Positions 58,001 to 63,192 of a stretch of 64,000 nt of DNA are shown here, piece after piece. Origin of the DNA: Thermoanaerobaculia bacterium (GTDB lineage Bacteria; Acidobacteriota; Thermoanaerobaculia; Gp7-AA8); the NCBI GenBank assembly GCA_036389275.1, contig DASVQE010000052.1, positions 33,680 through 97,679 on the forward strand, given 5' to 3'. Below the pieces are notes generated by a model. It was not told where the DNA came from, ran no database searches, and saw only the letters and a list, made by a program, of their open reading frames with translations. Both the position numbers and the translations under genes were made by a program. Positions within the stretch are counted from its first letter, which is position 1; each line of letters opens with the position of its first letter.

Positions 58001-61000
58001 GCCGACTTCGCCTATCAGGGAAACATCCTCAGCATCAAAGACATGCTCGGACAGGTGTGGGAGTACGCGCTCACGCAGGACTCCGAGCAGCGGAAGCACA
58101 TCCAGAGCGTGACGGCGAAGGACGTCCCGACCTTCCACGTCTCCGCGAGCTCGACCAACATTCCGCTCGTCCTCACCGCCACCGGCGCGGATCTCGTCAC
58201 GAAGTACGAAAACTTCAGCGCCGACGGCATTCCGACGCGCACGACCTACCCGAGCGGCCGCGTCGTCGACCTGACCATCGCCGCGCCGCAGTCGAATCCC
58301 AACGCGCACTGCAAGCAGTTACAGAGCGTCAACGACAACGGCGGCGGCGCCTCACGCAACACCACCATCACCTACGAAACGCAGCAGACCGCGCTCTGCA
58401 CCGCCACGGCGTTGCAACGCGGCAACGACAAGCGCGAGACCGAGTCGCCGAGCCGCGATCGCGACAAGACCACCACCGTCGATGAGACCGCCGGCGTCTC
58501 CGTCGAAACGACGTACGACTCGTTCGGCCGCCCGACCATCGTCACCCGCAAGGGCAGCGGCACGGACTCGATGAAGACCGTCTACACGTACAAGCCGAAC
58601 AACAGCGGCGACCCGATCGCGTGGTCGCGTCTCGCCGACATCACCGGCGGCAACAACGACACCTACCAGAACTTCACGTACACCAGCGACAGCGTCGGCG
58701 GCGAGACCGTCACCGTCCACGACACGAAGCGCAAAACCACCACCACCACGCGCTACGACGCCTCGGGCCAGCCGATCTACCGCAAGCTCGACGACGACGA
58801 CTTCGGCATCCTCAGCGAAGAGAAGATGGCGTACGACGCCAGCGGCCGTCTGACGTGGACCAGCACCACCGCTCCCACCGGCACGTTCGATACGACCGTC
58901 AAATACGATCCGCTCGGTCGCGTCGACACGACCACCACCACGCGCAACAACGTGATGGGCGTCGACAAGGACCTCGAGGTGCGGCACACCTACGATCTCG
59001 CCGCGAAGATCGTCACGACCACCGATCCGGCCGGGCCGGGCGGCGCGCCGGCAGCGCAGCAGATCACCACGCTCGACGCCCTCGGCCGTCCGATTCGCAT
59101 CGAGCACCGCGCCTCGAGCCCGCCGCCGGGCGGCGGCGACACGCCGACCATCCTGCAACTGCTCGCGTACGACAAGCACGGCGCGGTGTCGTATCAATCC
59201 GACACGGTCCGCGACGCCTCGATCACTTCGCGCGATGGCCTCGGGCGTCCTGCGTTCACGCTGCGCCGCGACGGCCTCAGGACCACGTTCAGTTGGAGCG
59301 ATTGGGATCAGCCGCAGCAGACGACCGTCACGGCCGGCTCGGCCACGGTGTCGAGCACGCGGCAGTTCTTCACCGACGAGGGACAGCTCTACGCGACGAA
59401 CGAGAGCGTCGACACGCGCGTGCGGCGCACGCGCCGGACGTGGCTCGCCGGCGGCCAGCAGGTGCTCGACCGCACCGGCATCGGCTTCGGCCTCAACGAC
59501 GACACCGCACCCGGCGCGGCGCGCGGCACGCGCACCACCACCGATCTCGCCGGCCGCGTCACCGACGTGGTGACCGGCGGCCTCGGCGCCGGCGACACCG
59601 ACATCACCAAGATCTATCACCACACGAACTTCGCCGACTTCCGCGGCGACGTCGCCACGCTGGTGCACGAGATCGAGCCGATGCGCAACGTCACGATCGA
59701 TCACCGCCAGACGCTCGACGGACTCGATCGCGTCCGCAACGCGAAGATCAGCGACCACTACGAGACCACCACCACCTACGACGTCGCCGGCAATCTCGAG
59801 CTGGTGACGCCTTCCGGCGAAGGCGCGACGCGGATGTTCTCCGACAGCCGCGGACTGACCTATCGCACCGAGCGCCCCGACGCGCCGGACAACGTCGTGC
59901 TGCGCTTCTTCGACGAGCGCGGCGCGCTGCGCCGCATCACCGACGAGACCGGCGACATCACCAACTACATCACCGACGATCTCGGCCGCGTCGTGCGCGT
60001 CGACTATCCCGACACCACGCACGAAGAGACCCGCTACGAAAACAAGACCGGCCTGGTCACAGCTACGCGCGATCGCGCCGGGCAGTGGCTGTCGTACAAC
60101 TTCGACGACGGCGGCCGCGTCACCCACATCCGCCTCGGCGAAGATCCGAACAACGGCCCGGTCGTCACCGAGATCGAATACAACGACGCCAAACGGATCG
60201 CGCGCGTCGCGAACAAAAACGGCGCCGTCGAGTACGAAGCGTACGACGACCTCGGACGTCCGACGCTCACGCGCACGATCCGCTACGCGAACGAGTCGGG
60301 CCTCAAGCCGGCGCCCGACCGCATCGTCTCCGACTCGCACACGCAGACGCACGCCTGGTCGGTGTTCGGCTCGGAGCGCTCCTCCTGGAGTCTGCCCGTC
60401 GCCGGCACCAGCCCTGCCGCGCAGAACGGTACGAGCTGGCGCACCGCCGTGATCGAAACGCGCGACGCCGGCGGCAACCTGGTGCTGCAGCAGGCCAACG
60501 GCGCCGACATCGCCACCGCAATCCCCGGCGGCATCGGTCGTGTGCTCGAGCACGATCGCGCGCTCTCGACCAGCGGCATGCTGGCGACGTCTTACGGATT
60601 CACCGACGCGTCCGGAAGCGGCCCCGATCCGGGCGATCCGGCGATCGCGCCGAGCGGCATGCTCTCGAGGTCGGAGACGAAAGTCGGCAGCCGCGTCCTC
60701 GCCGGTACGCAGACGTTCCCCGACCGGTCGCTCCGCGTGCGCACCGCGCACGATCTCGCCCTCGGCCGCTCGTCGAAATGGGTGTACGACGGGCGCGGGC
60801 GGCTCACCAGCAGCAAGCTCCTCGTGCCGCAGGAAGATCTGCTCACGACTCCCGCGATCGCCGATGTGCTGAGCGGATCGGAGTTCCGCGAGGAGCGTCA
60901 AACCGAAACGATCTTCGGACCGCTCGAGCACGGACGCCTCGGCCTCGCGCGCTCGCTCGAAGTCGAGCCGGCGTCGTGGCGCGCCGACGAAGATCCGGGA

Positions 61001-63190
61001 CACCAGATCGACAACCGCACCATGAAACTCGACGGTGCGGACGTGCTGCAGCGCGACTACGCGTTCGCCGACGGACGCCGCTCCACCGACGGCGTCTGGC
61101 AGAGCACCTACGACGAGTTCGGCCGCCTCACGCGCATCGAAAGCAGCTCGCGCCGCATCGAGTACGTCTACGGTCCGACCGACCGCATCATCGGCCGCAA
61201 CGCCTACATGGTGGGCGGCAGCGGCTGGACGCTCGAGACGCGCAGCACCGTTCTCGCTGCGGACGCTCTGCCGGCGCAGACGACGTTCGTGTGGGACCCG
61301 ATCGTCGACCGCCTCGTCGCGATTTACGACGCCGGTGCTTCGACCGGCGCGACCGCCGCGCCCGATGCCGGACTGCTGCGCCAATACGTGCACGGCGACG
61401 CCGGCTACGACGATCCGGGCGAAGTGTTCGTCGCCTCCACACCCGGCGGCACCGCCACGCGTTACCTCCCGGTCTTCGACGAAGCTGGTACGGGCTCGCT
61501 GCAGGCCGTGGTGGACGGAGACGGCCACGTCGTCGAGCGCGTGCTCTTCGGCGACTCGTACGGCGCCGCGCCGCGCTTCCTGCACGGCCCGGTGGTCGAG
61601 AAGGTGACGTTCACCGCCAAGCGCGATCCGGCCGGCACGATCACGGAGGCCGAGGTTCGCGTCCGCTTCAGCGAGAACGTCGCCTCGAGCGGCCTCGCCA
61701 ACGCCATGCGCCTCCGCGCGCTCGATGCAGACGGCGAGCAGGTCGCGCTGCACGGCGGCGCGCCGGAGTTCCCCGACCCGACGAGCGACGATCACCACGA
61801 GCTCCGCTGGCGCCTCACGCCGGGCGACTGGTCCGCCCTCGTCAACGCCGCCGGCGCCGAGTCGATCGAAGTCGCCGTCTCCTCATCCCTCCGCACCGAC
61901 GCCTGGGGCAACACCCCCGTCCAGGAAGTCCCCGACTGGGCCCACACCCTCTTCGGCGCCACCAGCACCACCGCCTACCCGGTCATCGTCACCGCCCTGA
62001 TCACCACCCTCACCACCCCCCCAGCCGCCGGAATGCCGCAGCCGCCCCTGTACGAGATCAAGTCCCTCTACATGGCGGCCTCCCCAACCTCCCGCACCCA
62101 CACCCTAACCGGCTTCAAAGCCGCCCCCTTCACCGACCCCGCCACCGGCCTCGCCTTCTTCCGAGCCCGCTGGTACGACCCCGAAACCGGCACCTGGCTC
62201 ACGCCGGATCCGGTCGGTTACGACGATTCCTCGAACCTCTACGCGTTCGCAGGTGGCGATCCGGTGAATAGCTCGGACCCGACGGGATTGTGCCTCGGTT
62301 TCGGACAAGGCACTTGCGCCGATTGGGCGAACGCAGGGAAGAAGAAGCTCGATGCAGTTCGACTCTTCGTCGACAAGCACACCGGCTCGACAATTTTCGA
62401 CGTCGGAGTCAACGCGCAGCTTGGCTTCGCACTCGATGTCGTCGATACCTTCGTGTTGGATCCGTTACGTTTTGGCGAAGCAACGGGTACGGCGATCGGC
62501 AGCGGCGCCGGCGCGGTGTCAACCACGCTTGCTGTCGTTCAGGACGTCGGGCGCGGCGCTGCACTCGCGGCAGGTGCCGGGACAGTGATCAGGGCCGCAG
62601 CTCGATTCACTGTCGCGGTGCGTTCGGCCGTAGCGTTCGACTCGCTTGGAGAAGCTGCAGCTCGCGGCTTGGACGAGGGAGCAGCGATCGCGGCGCGCGA
62701 GCTTGCGCCGGACATTTCCGCCGCGGCAGTTCAAGAACAGCGCGTTCTGGCCAATATCGCGGAGAGTGCCGAGGCGCGAGCCGCGTCAAACTTCCCGACC
62801 ACCGCAGCGGCCGCAGATGAGCTGACCGGCATTACCAACCGCGCGGCAAAGATCACCGACCGTCTGATCAAAAACAACAGTACATATTGGGCGAGGGTGT
62901 ACAACAATCCTGCGCTGCGCGGCCAGCGATTTGCGAGAGCCTTTGCGCGAAATCCGAATTTTGCACGTAGTCTTATCCGTGGAAACATCATGGATGACGT
63001 CGTCAAGCAGCTCGCTCAGAAATCGGGCAAGCTGCCGTTCATGCGGATCACGCCTCGTGGCGCCCGCGGAGCAGATTTCATCAACCTTTTCCTCAACAGC
63101 GCGTGGGACGTGACGACAGCCGGATCGTGGGCGCGACATGTGAGTCGTTACGCGAAGGAAATGTATCGACTTTATCCGTTAATCTATTAG
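43013..63190 (+). CDS. giant secreted RHS/YD-repeat polymorphic toxin (6725 aa) with a ~4600-aa N-terminal LamG/Ig/SbsA stalk and a C-terminal toxin domain of unknown family
   Basis: TTG start at 43013 preceded by AAGGAA at 43001-43006. Signal peptide MRPGSSFAFSAVAAVAAALVLSFAAPLAAQTP. Contains a LamG-like domain, 18 tandem Ig-like domains, SbsA Ig-like and CarboxypepD_reg-like domains and a few LVIVD-like repeats. The RHS region begins at IGLGWDASFLRR with many YD repeats (YLYDIEGRLAQIVDPIGRITTIRY, FEYDHVGRLIAVQLPN, YTYDLAAKIVTTTDPAG, YEAYDDLGRPTLTRTIRY). The RHS core ends SDPTGL. Confidence 0.9.
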   Translation: MRPGSSFAFSAVAAVAAALVLSFAAPLAAQTPITAYSDDFQSYGTQSNPPGWVDTSIGASAPEAAGLYKTWPDPTQGNSGPNVVYGTKQSSGQPEGNNPRVGTFSTYTAKSFAGAGRFEYSGRFLRTSADTRVGITFFSSYPQADRYYLIGLWSHPQQTTKLTMQLFGFGGPAPQQTTVSDFTPEVGKWYRFRVRVDDVEGKTVIRGRFWLDTNAEPQTWHIDAVDASAGRLTSGRIGIWSAVRGDAYVDDISAQSPVDHAPPTISFFVGDTPLTDGMKFHTAVTPRIVVTDDLSEVRWTAQLDGGNFVTPVTGQGDHILRVDAKDAVGNTASKSVTFYIDTIPPRLTIVKPADGSITSSDVNISLHVDDASLPATFAATLDGATWDVTRPVSAEGQHQLTVTAFDAVGLASAPQTATFIIDKTAPAYELFANAKAFPADGYVFGEDVTITIVPKDLTLDKVSLLLDGAPYTAGTPVTDERKHTLGGTVTDKVGHVTTIAERTFWIDKTAPTVELLGNGTAIKQYYDIASLVAELKISDVTATRVTATLNGAPANLPVTLTGEATYVVAGSVTDAANHVTPFGPTTFAIDRSAPQITLSANGAAFPASGHIFLGDVALAVDVKDLTLADYSVTHDGAAVELPLTLTDEFRDHVIKVVATDKLNHSASVGPLTFTIDKFAPVVAVTNNGAELTDGRYFNRPVRPVINVTDITATTVTATLNGQRFESGSEITADGAYTLAGNVADGAGRSTPIGPIAFTIDTTAPTGVFVEGDNKPFPDGKTLNVEAIRASVKITDANPLPAKILLDGAEYAEGTPITLEDAHTLTATLVDKAGNSGSVPPVSFRIDRTRPVLTLFANGDVFPAKAFDTRFDVAVTYKVEDKSAVTIAATLDGANVTLPVTISDERVHTLVATATDAAGNVGTAGPFTFTIEKTPPNVEVLLNDAPAGLNAVFKVDVRVKLQISAGLTSRSASILLNGQSYVEGTAITAPGVYVVTGTVTTASGVTVPIPETTFTIDKTAPDVTLKNRDRDFEANGFHYNADVVPNVTCHDDLTRCTTELKVDGNDWKNGDPITAEGEHAVVAAATDTAGNRKELPAVTFVLDKTSPAITITAPAEGQTVSAPRVVVSGTSDDAVSIDVNGTLATIDAAAKTFTTTPVALLEGENEIVVVALDQAGNASTRTVHVVADTRAPLLAVQSPAPNACLNAQQLVVRGSVSDPWIQTVKVTVDADVVANALDAQKQTFTATFANIAEGPHRISVEATDTLGHRTVAALQVMIDRTAPLIDIFEGAAPFTARLVNHPVALSIRARDGDPNVAVAARLGATPYVSGTPIAAPGAYHLDVLAEDCAGNQSTQPLDFEIDLLAPAFDTLVPPNGATVGALPQSITGHVSRDAVRVEIEGTAIAAAPSADGNFVLALGSIAREGANQFVLRATDAAGNVAQVPYAFTVHSAAPTIQIYESGKPLSDGALFNRPVTPEVRVSDPTAQVTVLIGGQTWDQKPLTADGTYTISVTVRDELQRTAEASRTFTIDRTPPVVKITKPLAGTVSSDVVTIEGTAGDAVSVDVHGAIVAPGAGGAFRREGVRLEVGQNDLVVSATDRAGNTAADSVLVTWLGSGPAIVITSPRDASLTNRPRIDVTGHVLGALGGGEVVVGSKTATLDATGVFRVTDYQLAGGENVITARVPNGASASVTITADFKAPALSVLASGQPLANDAHFPGEVSISVNASDDRNLALTRVTIDGAEPPSLPAKVSSTGGHVLNARARDEAGNETVVERTFFIGSGGGGSGCSIEEVDPADGATVAPSANATTASVRITGRASGATAVTINGAAADVADGTFAKTVELPSEGANAIGIRCTDASGALSEPKNLVYYRVSGNPSVRITAPAEGGTTGDKSVVVTGEVGADVVSIDVNGIAGTIRDGSPRTFRVENVTLTDGTNILVAHGRNNAYRVGTHSVRVLSLQTAPQIRITSPEANSVAGGGKTTVGGTYSNLLPQTLAIAGGTNAPAADVVALSDTTGTFVFRGVGLAAGARTLTITGRNAAGVAATASLVVNSDPAAASIEIAAPSDNAYVPASEPVTVTGAYAGASGTARVEINGVAATVDPTASTYAGSAQHTGAPLTPVVARLIDANGSGPAASIMVRKLAGPLRVRSTFPADGAEGVDPGVLLLIDFSAPLDRATLSAIQLRSGSTPVDGTLRVDDSVVIFTPSTLLAPGTSYTVTIPATLKDVAGNAIDKASSFSFTTTVSAPSTPPQLDPIAITGCPATVSITGSAPPFARLRLEVGTIALSGQADASGRFTMAFPLSGRSGYQSGHLTIVGSDGSRSPEAPVSFRMDCAAPSVVGASYDRNANVLTIAFSKPVAAPTLVVGSSIVLTTSDNNSIGGTVALSGAIATVTPASDLRDKSFTLEVQTSVTDTAGNHLGSPFPQTFSLDGGDAPLPGDGSGFITGEVYDATSGRPLRGATVSVEVPRSAFARVPSVTSHAHLTTSGDVEMSKETDPRGRYTLPLPEGAHTIKAGSPQHTTVWRQIVVPAGAGVVPIDIRLTRRGERKSAATLPLTLQDGGGALTVTAPVKLTVTGGVASQAQVALTSVGAQSLAGLLPLGFSPIASAEVAVFGADGAASFDAQVNGELEFTLPSAAISAAHQTLSLVRYDSERDEWRTLIAVMAPAAGDAWRAPITSAGAYGVVYRDQASTLRQPPAPAAGATLQPATETCATSATPCVLVRKEFDIEPPVVPPSGRAVAKLQIAGEDAATFPSGTAVQAYVNEVLTLSSGDTVVDPPFTTDVLLYRTLDGKVGIGEFLIEPSEQARREVLETGVDQVKILQYPGRLDRGSLIGSEGGRVPGDSVTNVEIPAGATSEQLRATVATLKPENLGVAIAGFDVVGGFDLTLTRVATPPQTDADGDGVPDPAPALQLSRAARATINVDTAKLASPDAQLILVEVVNQSAWGAFYRLAVPMTRLDTPANGVTLVRYTSQSVNPASLAVDGIVREGRFLLLAAKAPIAFASGALRSTATGPYLPDMRVNSVMAGGAAYGVSDVTRASGVFALPIAAAPAPSFSITPRHARFGVGTAFTAAAPAAGETVAIGDWLFVVQPLRLTNVTPADGEIVPVAPITIKADFDLPIDTLSLQNAITVATTDGAIPLGGRIERDAADDHRVVFTSTGTVSASTTYRVTIQPTVRATNGAVLGQVHTFLVRTEGLPRTGEIHPERIRITLPDAQGHSRIFGDAKAIPAGFQVVAQRPDKGFRSVYDATAGANGDFSFVVGDRNDSDRLDLGDVVEVQILNLAFNVVATVQLTPFVTEDGKGFVAAANRDTTFVSTQGVAVTVAAGTFDKATLVTTDLNDSKAAFAAVPNFDQELHWVKTLDLHFDGTAKQRIEVSIPRPANLPLDGHDYLIGLLGQSSRGPRIAIEALLHPEGDKLTTALPPESSGANLQTKAAAMSGSGAAAAQFCMPGVFGAGSNAIFEMGNIGAEAVGWGFIAPIQQYMEVFNDMFQATYLPSLAYQTAKCRAIPVVKGKPFHLIGVDPDTGSQIFNTPYSAIDDINSIVAIDNPFPDTTGPFPIFGAPFRVERLEAPAPADNDGNGSIDPGEFKGRGFVVTRTESGTLTVTNDSNAAAQDVLPENTTVRLYNATRSILSTAATVGGGGSFTITSTASEGDLLFLYIGGRDVAPDATMNIVFSEPIAVGTIPTGADDPTRNQIINTYLHGVIKLEQVFDTGAVDISSNAVFRADSGNRRVLIDLPATFVRDGRYRITALASLTDPKNNRLAERRDKNGTVIGTPAADITFDFKVRPGPTSDHAFTLQPTATQTGGSLKDLARFGNLVFVAALDGGLLAYDISEPSMSNGTLPIAVVPTNWANSGVQVSDFWSVAADHHGRIYGGGFQASFSVVRGYRVEDFLAARDGQLNCPGGPHTNCISHGSAIVGWRPGVGVGMPLNAGWMVTNQPSAYPRKIKLLEQDDEQSATLDELKSNTGDGVEILDEVSAGNGYHRFTVRLTYAPSGESHLVQRVTVVNPALDFRWHGDAFKGETLDIPNVLARPEDRLTILRNLTTYGVVTLFGYGAAVYDLNAMETNDFKLRCTGTFLGQHGTACAAALTQRALPEKIVNTTGSNEGCNLEHDMSDDLTYSPEIFGIVRSVPTASGGVNVSPDIHIIGVRTKNGLIDVVSALPSEDDGGLTDGCESGANTVPVEDHPALSAIIQRVSTTQRQTGGALYRWGISSTQNVAGVRGSAPNTDVHRDYLLVAANKWGILVFEIGGTPPPAGPGYGTLGLESLVDVIWIAAGAAAVAPIEGTNLAAVIDLKGRLLILDLANIDERWGPATAANPSPLLPPGPFKIPTAAMNAAGGASGEIGVDDPRVVYKSANKFTSGTLPPIVDPDTGIAFGGDVLTQNMRVRAVLDPKIEFLIDAGNGLQPTNGITPLGVAKPSSASTTPAGALGAFRVRVTLPGSLAEVLADQKVHLAVESELVPGAVTPQSARSLPRAHLRVNDREGTVDPRKVTDFTLRRAIAFTPSMENTYRHQRGFNRLLSPWIVALADPRASERVTGDAAAKTADGCLECERPSGLKGKTEADGVYELYTAGRYISARLDSHQPGVLAVDDLPDFYKYLAEKSRLDVRIPTTIADTVRPKAALIPPQHAPLAQGTIDGTVFVHSGELGVDAADLYITGRGPADLMLTRSYRSRTIGGTPIGLGWDASFLRRIRPLPDGNVEYRDASGDIWLFKKPAQGPGAAPPAALQALEASVGVRFRYTAPPGLYVSLMRSDDGWTMLDDKWRITRFDNFGRITAETDEFWKAADVGAGAASGNQFRYLYDIEGRLAQIVDPIGRITTIRYWEKNPTGANVNCTNVGAKTNPCAYPGLMKEIVDWRRRSVLFEYDHVGRLIAVQLPNVKAIDGAPSSYDFSTPDKRPRIRYQYDSATAAYPGDTASPQEFTDFMHYAANLAEIVEPADESSGDARVRFEFFRTTDEKRDRLHFERWPCGSRAPGCTETEADFAYQGNILSIKDMLGQVWEYALTQDSEQRKHIQSVTAKDVPTFHVSASSTNIPLVLTATGADLVTKYENFSADGIPTRTTYPSGRVVDLTIAAPQSNPNAHCKQLQSVNDNGGGASRNTTITYETQQTALCTATALQRGNDKRETESPSRDRDKTTTVDETAGVSVETTYDSFGRPTIVTRKGSGTDSMKTVYTYKPNNSGDPIAWSRLADITGGNNDTYQNFTYTSDSVGGETVTVHDTKRKTTTTTRYDASGQPIYRKLDDDDFGILSEEKMAYDASGRLTWTSTTAPTGTFDTTVKYDPLGRVDTTTTTRNNVMGVDKDLEVRHTYDLAAKIVTTTDPAGPGGAPAAQQITTLDALGRPIRIEHRASSPPPGGGDTPTILQLLAYDKHGAVSYQSDTVRDASITSRDGLGRPAFTLRRDGLRTTFSWSDWDQPQQTTVTAGSATVSSTRQFFTDEGQLYATNESVDTRVRRTRRTWLAGGQQVLDRTGIGFGLNDDTAPGAARGTRTTTDLAGRVTDVVTGGLGAGDTDITKIYHHTNFADFRGDVATLVHEIEPMRNVTIDHRQTLDGLDRVRNAKISDHYETTTTYDVAGNLELVTPSGEGATRMFSDSRGLTYRTERPDAPDNVVLRFFDERGALRRITDETGDITNYITDDLGRVVRVDYPDTTHEETRYENKTGLVTATRDRAGQWLSYNFDDGGRVTHIRLGEDPNNGPVVTEIEYNDAKRIARVANKNGAVEYEAYDDLGRPTLTRTIRYANESGLKPAPDRIVSDSHTQTHAWSVFGSERSSWSLPVAGTSPAAQNGTSWRTAVIETRDAGGNLVLQQANGADIATAIPGGIGRVLEHDRALSTSGMLATSYGFTDASGSGPDPGDPAIAPSGMLSRSETKVGSRVLAGTQTFPDRSLRVRTAHDLALGRSSKWVYDGRGRLTSSKLLVPQEDLLTTPAIADVLSGSEFREERQTETIFGPLEHGRLGLARSLEVEPASWRADEDPGHQIDNRTMKLDGADVLQRDYAFADGRRSTDGVWQSTYDEFGRLTRIESSSRRIEYVYGPTDRIIGRNAYMVGGSGWTLETRSTVLAADALPAQTTFVWDPIVDRLVAIYDAGASTGATAAPDAGLLRQYVHGDAGYDDPGEVFVASTPGGTATRYLPVFDEAGTGSLQAVVDGDGHVVERVLFGDSYGAAPRFLHGPVVEKVTFTAKRDPAGTITEAEVRVRFSENVASSGLANAMRLRALDADGEQVALHGGAPEFPDPTSDDHHELRWRLTPGDWSALVNAAGAESIEVAVSSSLRTDAWGNTPVQEVPDWAHTLFGATSTTAYPVIVTALITTLTTPPAAGMPQPPLYEIKSLYMAASPTSRTHTLTGFKAAPFTDPATGLAFFRARWYDPETGTWLTPDPVGYDDSSNLYAFAGGDPVNSSDPTGLCLGFGQGTCADWANAGKKKLDAVRLFVDKHTGSTIFDVGVNAQLGFALDVVDTFVLDPLRFGEATGTAIGSGAGAVSTTLAVVQDVGRGAALAAGAGTVIRAAARFTVAVRSAVAFDSLGEAAARGLDEGAAIAARELAPDISAAAVQEQRVLANIAESAEARAASNFPTTAAAADELTGITNRAAKITDRLIKNNSTYWARVYNNPALRGQRFARAFARNPNFARSLIRGNIMDDVVKQLAQKSGKLPFMRITPRGARGADFINLFLNSAWDVTTAGSWARHVSRYAKEMYRLYPLIY
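43100..43800 (+). other. N-terminal LamG/concanavalin-like jelly-roll domain (DUF1080-like)
   Basis: FQSYGTQSNPPGWVD...GKWYRFRVRVDDVEGKTVIRGRFWLDTNAEPQTWHIDAVDASAGRLTSGRIGIWSAVRGDAYVDDIS. The terminal G.IG(I/L)....G...(F/V)D.(I/V) pattern is characteristic of this lectin-like fold. Confidence 0.5.
43790..48350 (+). repeat. 18 tandem ~85-aa Ig-like domains (about 255-bp period)
   Basis: Linker motif (T/A)F.ID(K/R)T(A/P)P recurs at about 44030, 44270, 44520, 44770, 45030, 45280, 45540, 45795, 46050, 46305, 46560, 46835, 47085, 47345, 47595, 47850, 48095 and 48340. Each unit also carries a T.TD.AGN.S/T motif. Confidence 0.8.
49450..54400 (+). other. region with at least four SbsA-type Ig-like domains (about 49450-49750, 50025-50310, 52300-52620, 54040-54400), a CarboxypepD_reg-like domain (about 50340-50600) and unassigned sequence
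   Basis: First SbsA-type example: LRVRSTFPADGAEGVDPGVLLLIDFSAPLDRATLSAIQLRSGSTPVDGTLRVDDSVVIFTPSTLLAPGTSYTVTIPATLKDVAGNAIDKASSFSFTT. CarboxypepD_reg-like example: GFITGEVYDATSGRPLRGATVSVEVPRS. LVIVD-like examples at about 54460-54540 (GNLVFVAALDGGLLAYDISEPS) and 55750 (GILVFEIGG). Confidence 0.55.
57100..61800 (+). other. RHS/YD-repeat shell region of the 6725-aa toxin
   Basis: Begins with the RHS start motif G.GW (IGLGWDASFLRRIRPLPDGNVEYRDASGDIWLF) and has dense YD repeats to about 61700. Confidence 0.85.
61990..62290 (+). other. RHS repeat-associated core with canonical DPxGL autoproteolysis motif
   Basis: FRARWYDPETGTWLTPDPVGYDDSSNLYAFAGGDPVNSSDPTGL. The DPTGL codons lie at about 62276-62290. 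Confidence 0.8.
62291..63187 (+). other. C-terminal polymorphic toxin domain (~299 aa), family not recognisable
   Basis: CLGFGQGTCADWANAGKKKLDAVRLFVDKHTGSTIFDVGVNAQLGF...NRAAKITDRLIKNNSTYWARVYNNPALRGQRFARAFARNPNFARSLIRGNIMDDVVKQLAQKSGKLPFMRITPRGARGADFINLFLNSAWDVTTAGSWARHVSRYAKEMYRLYPLIY. Lower GC than the host background. Confidence 0.5.
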
Positions 63191-63192
63191 CC

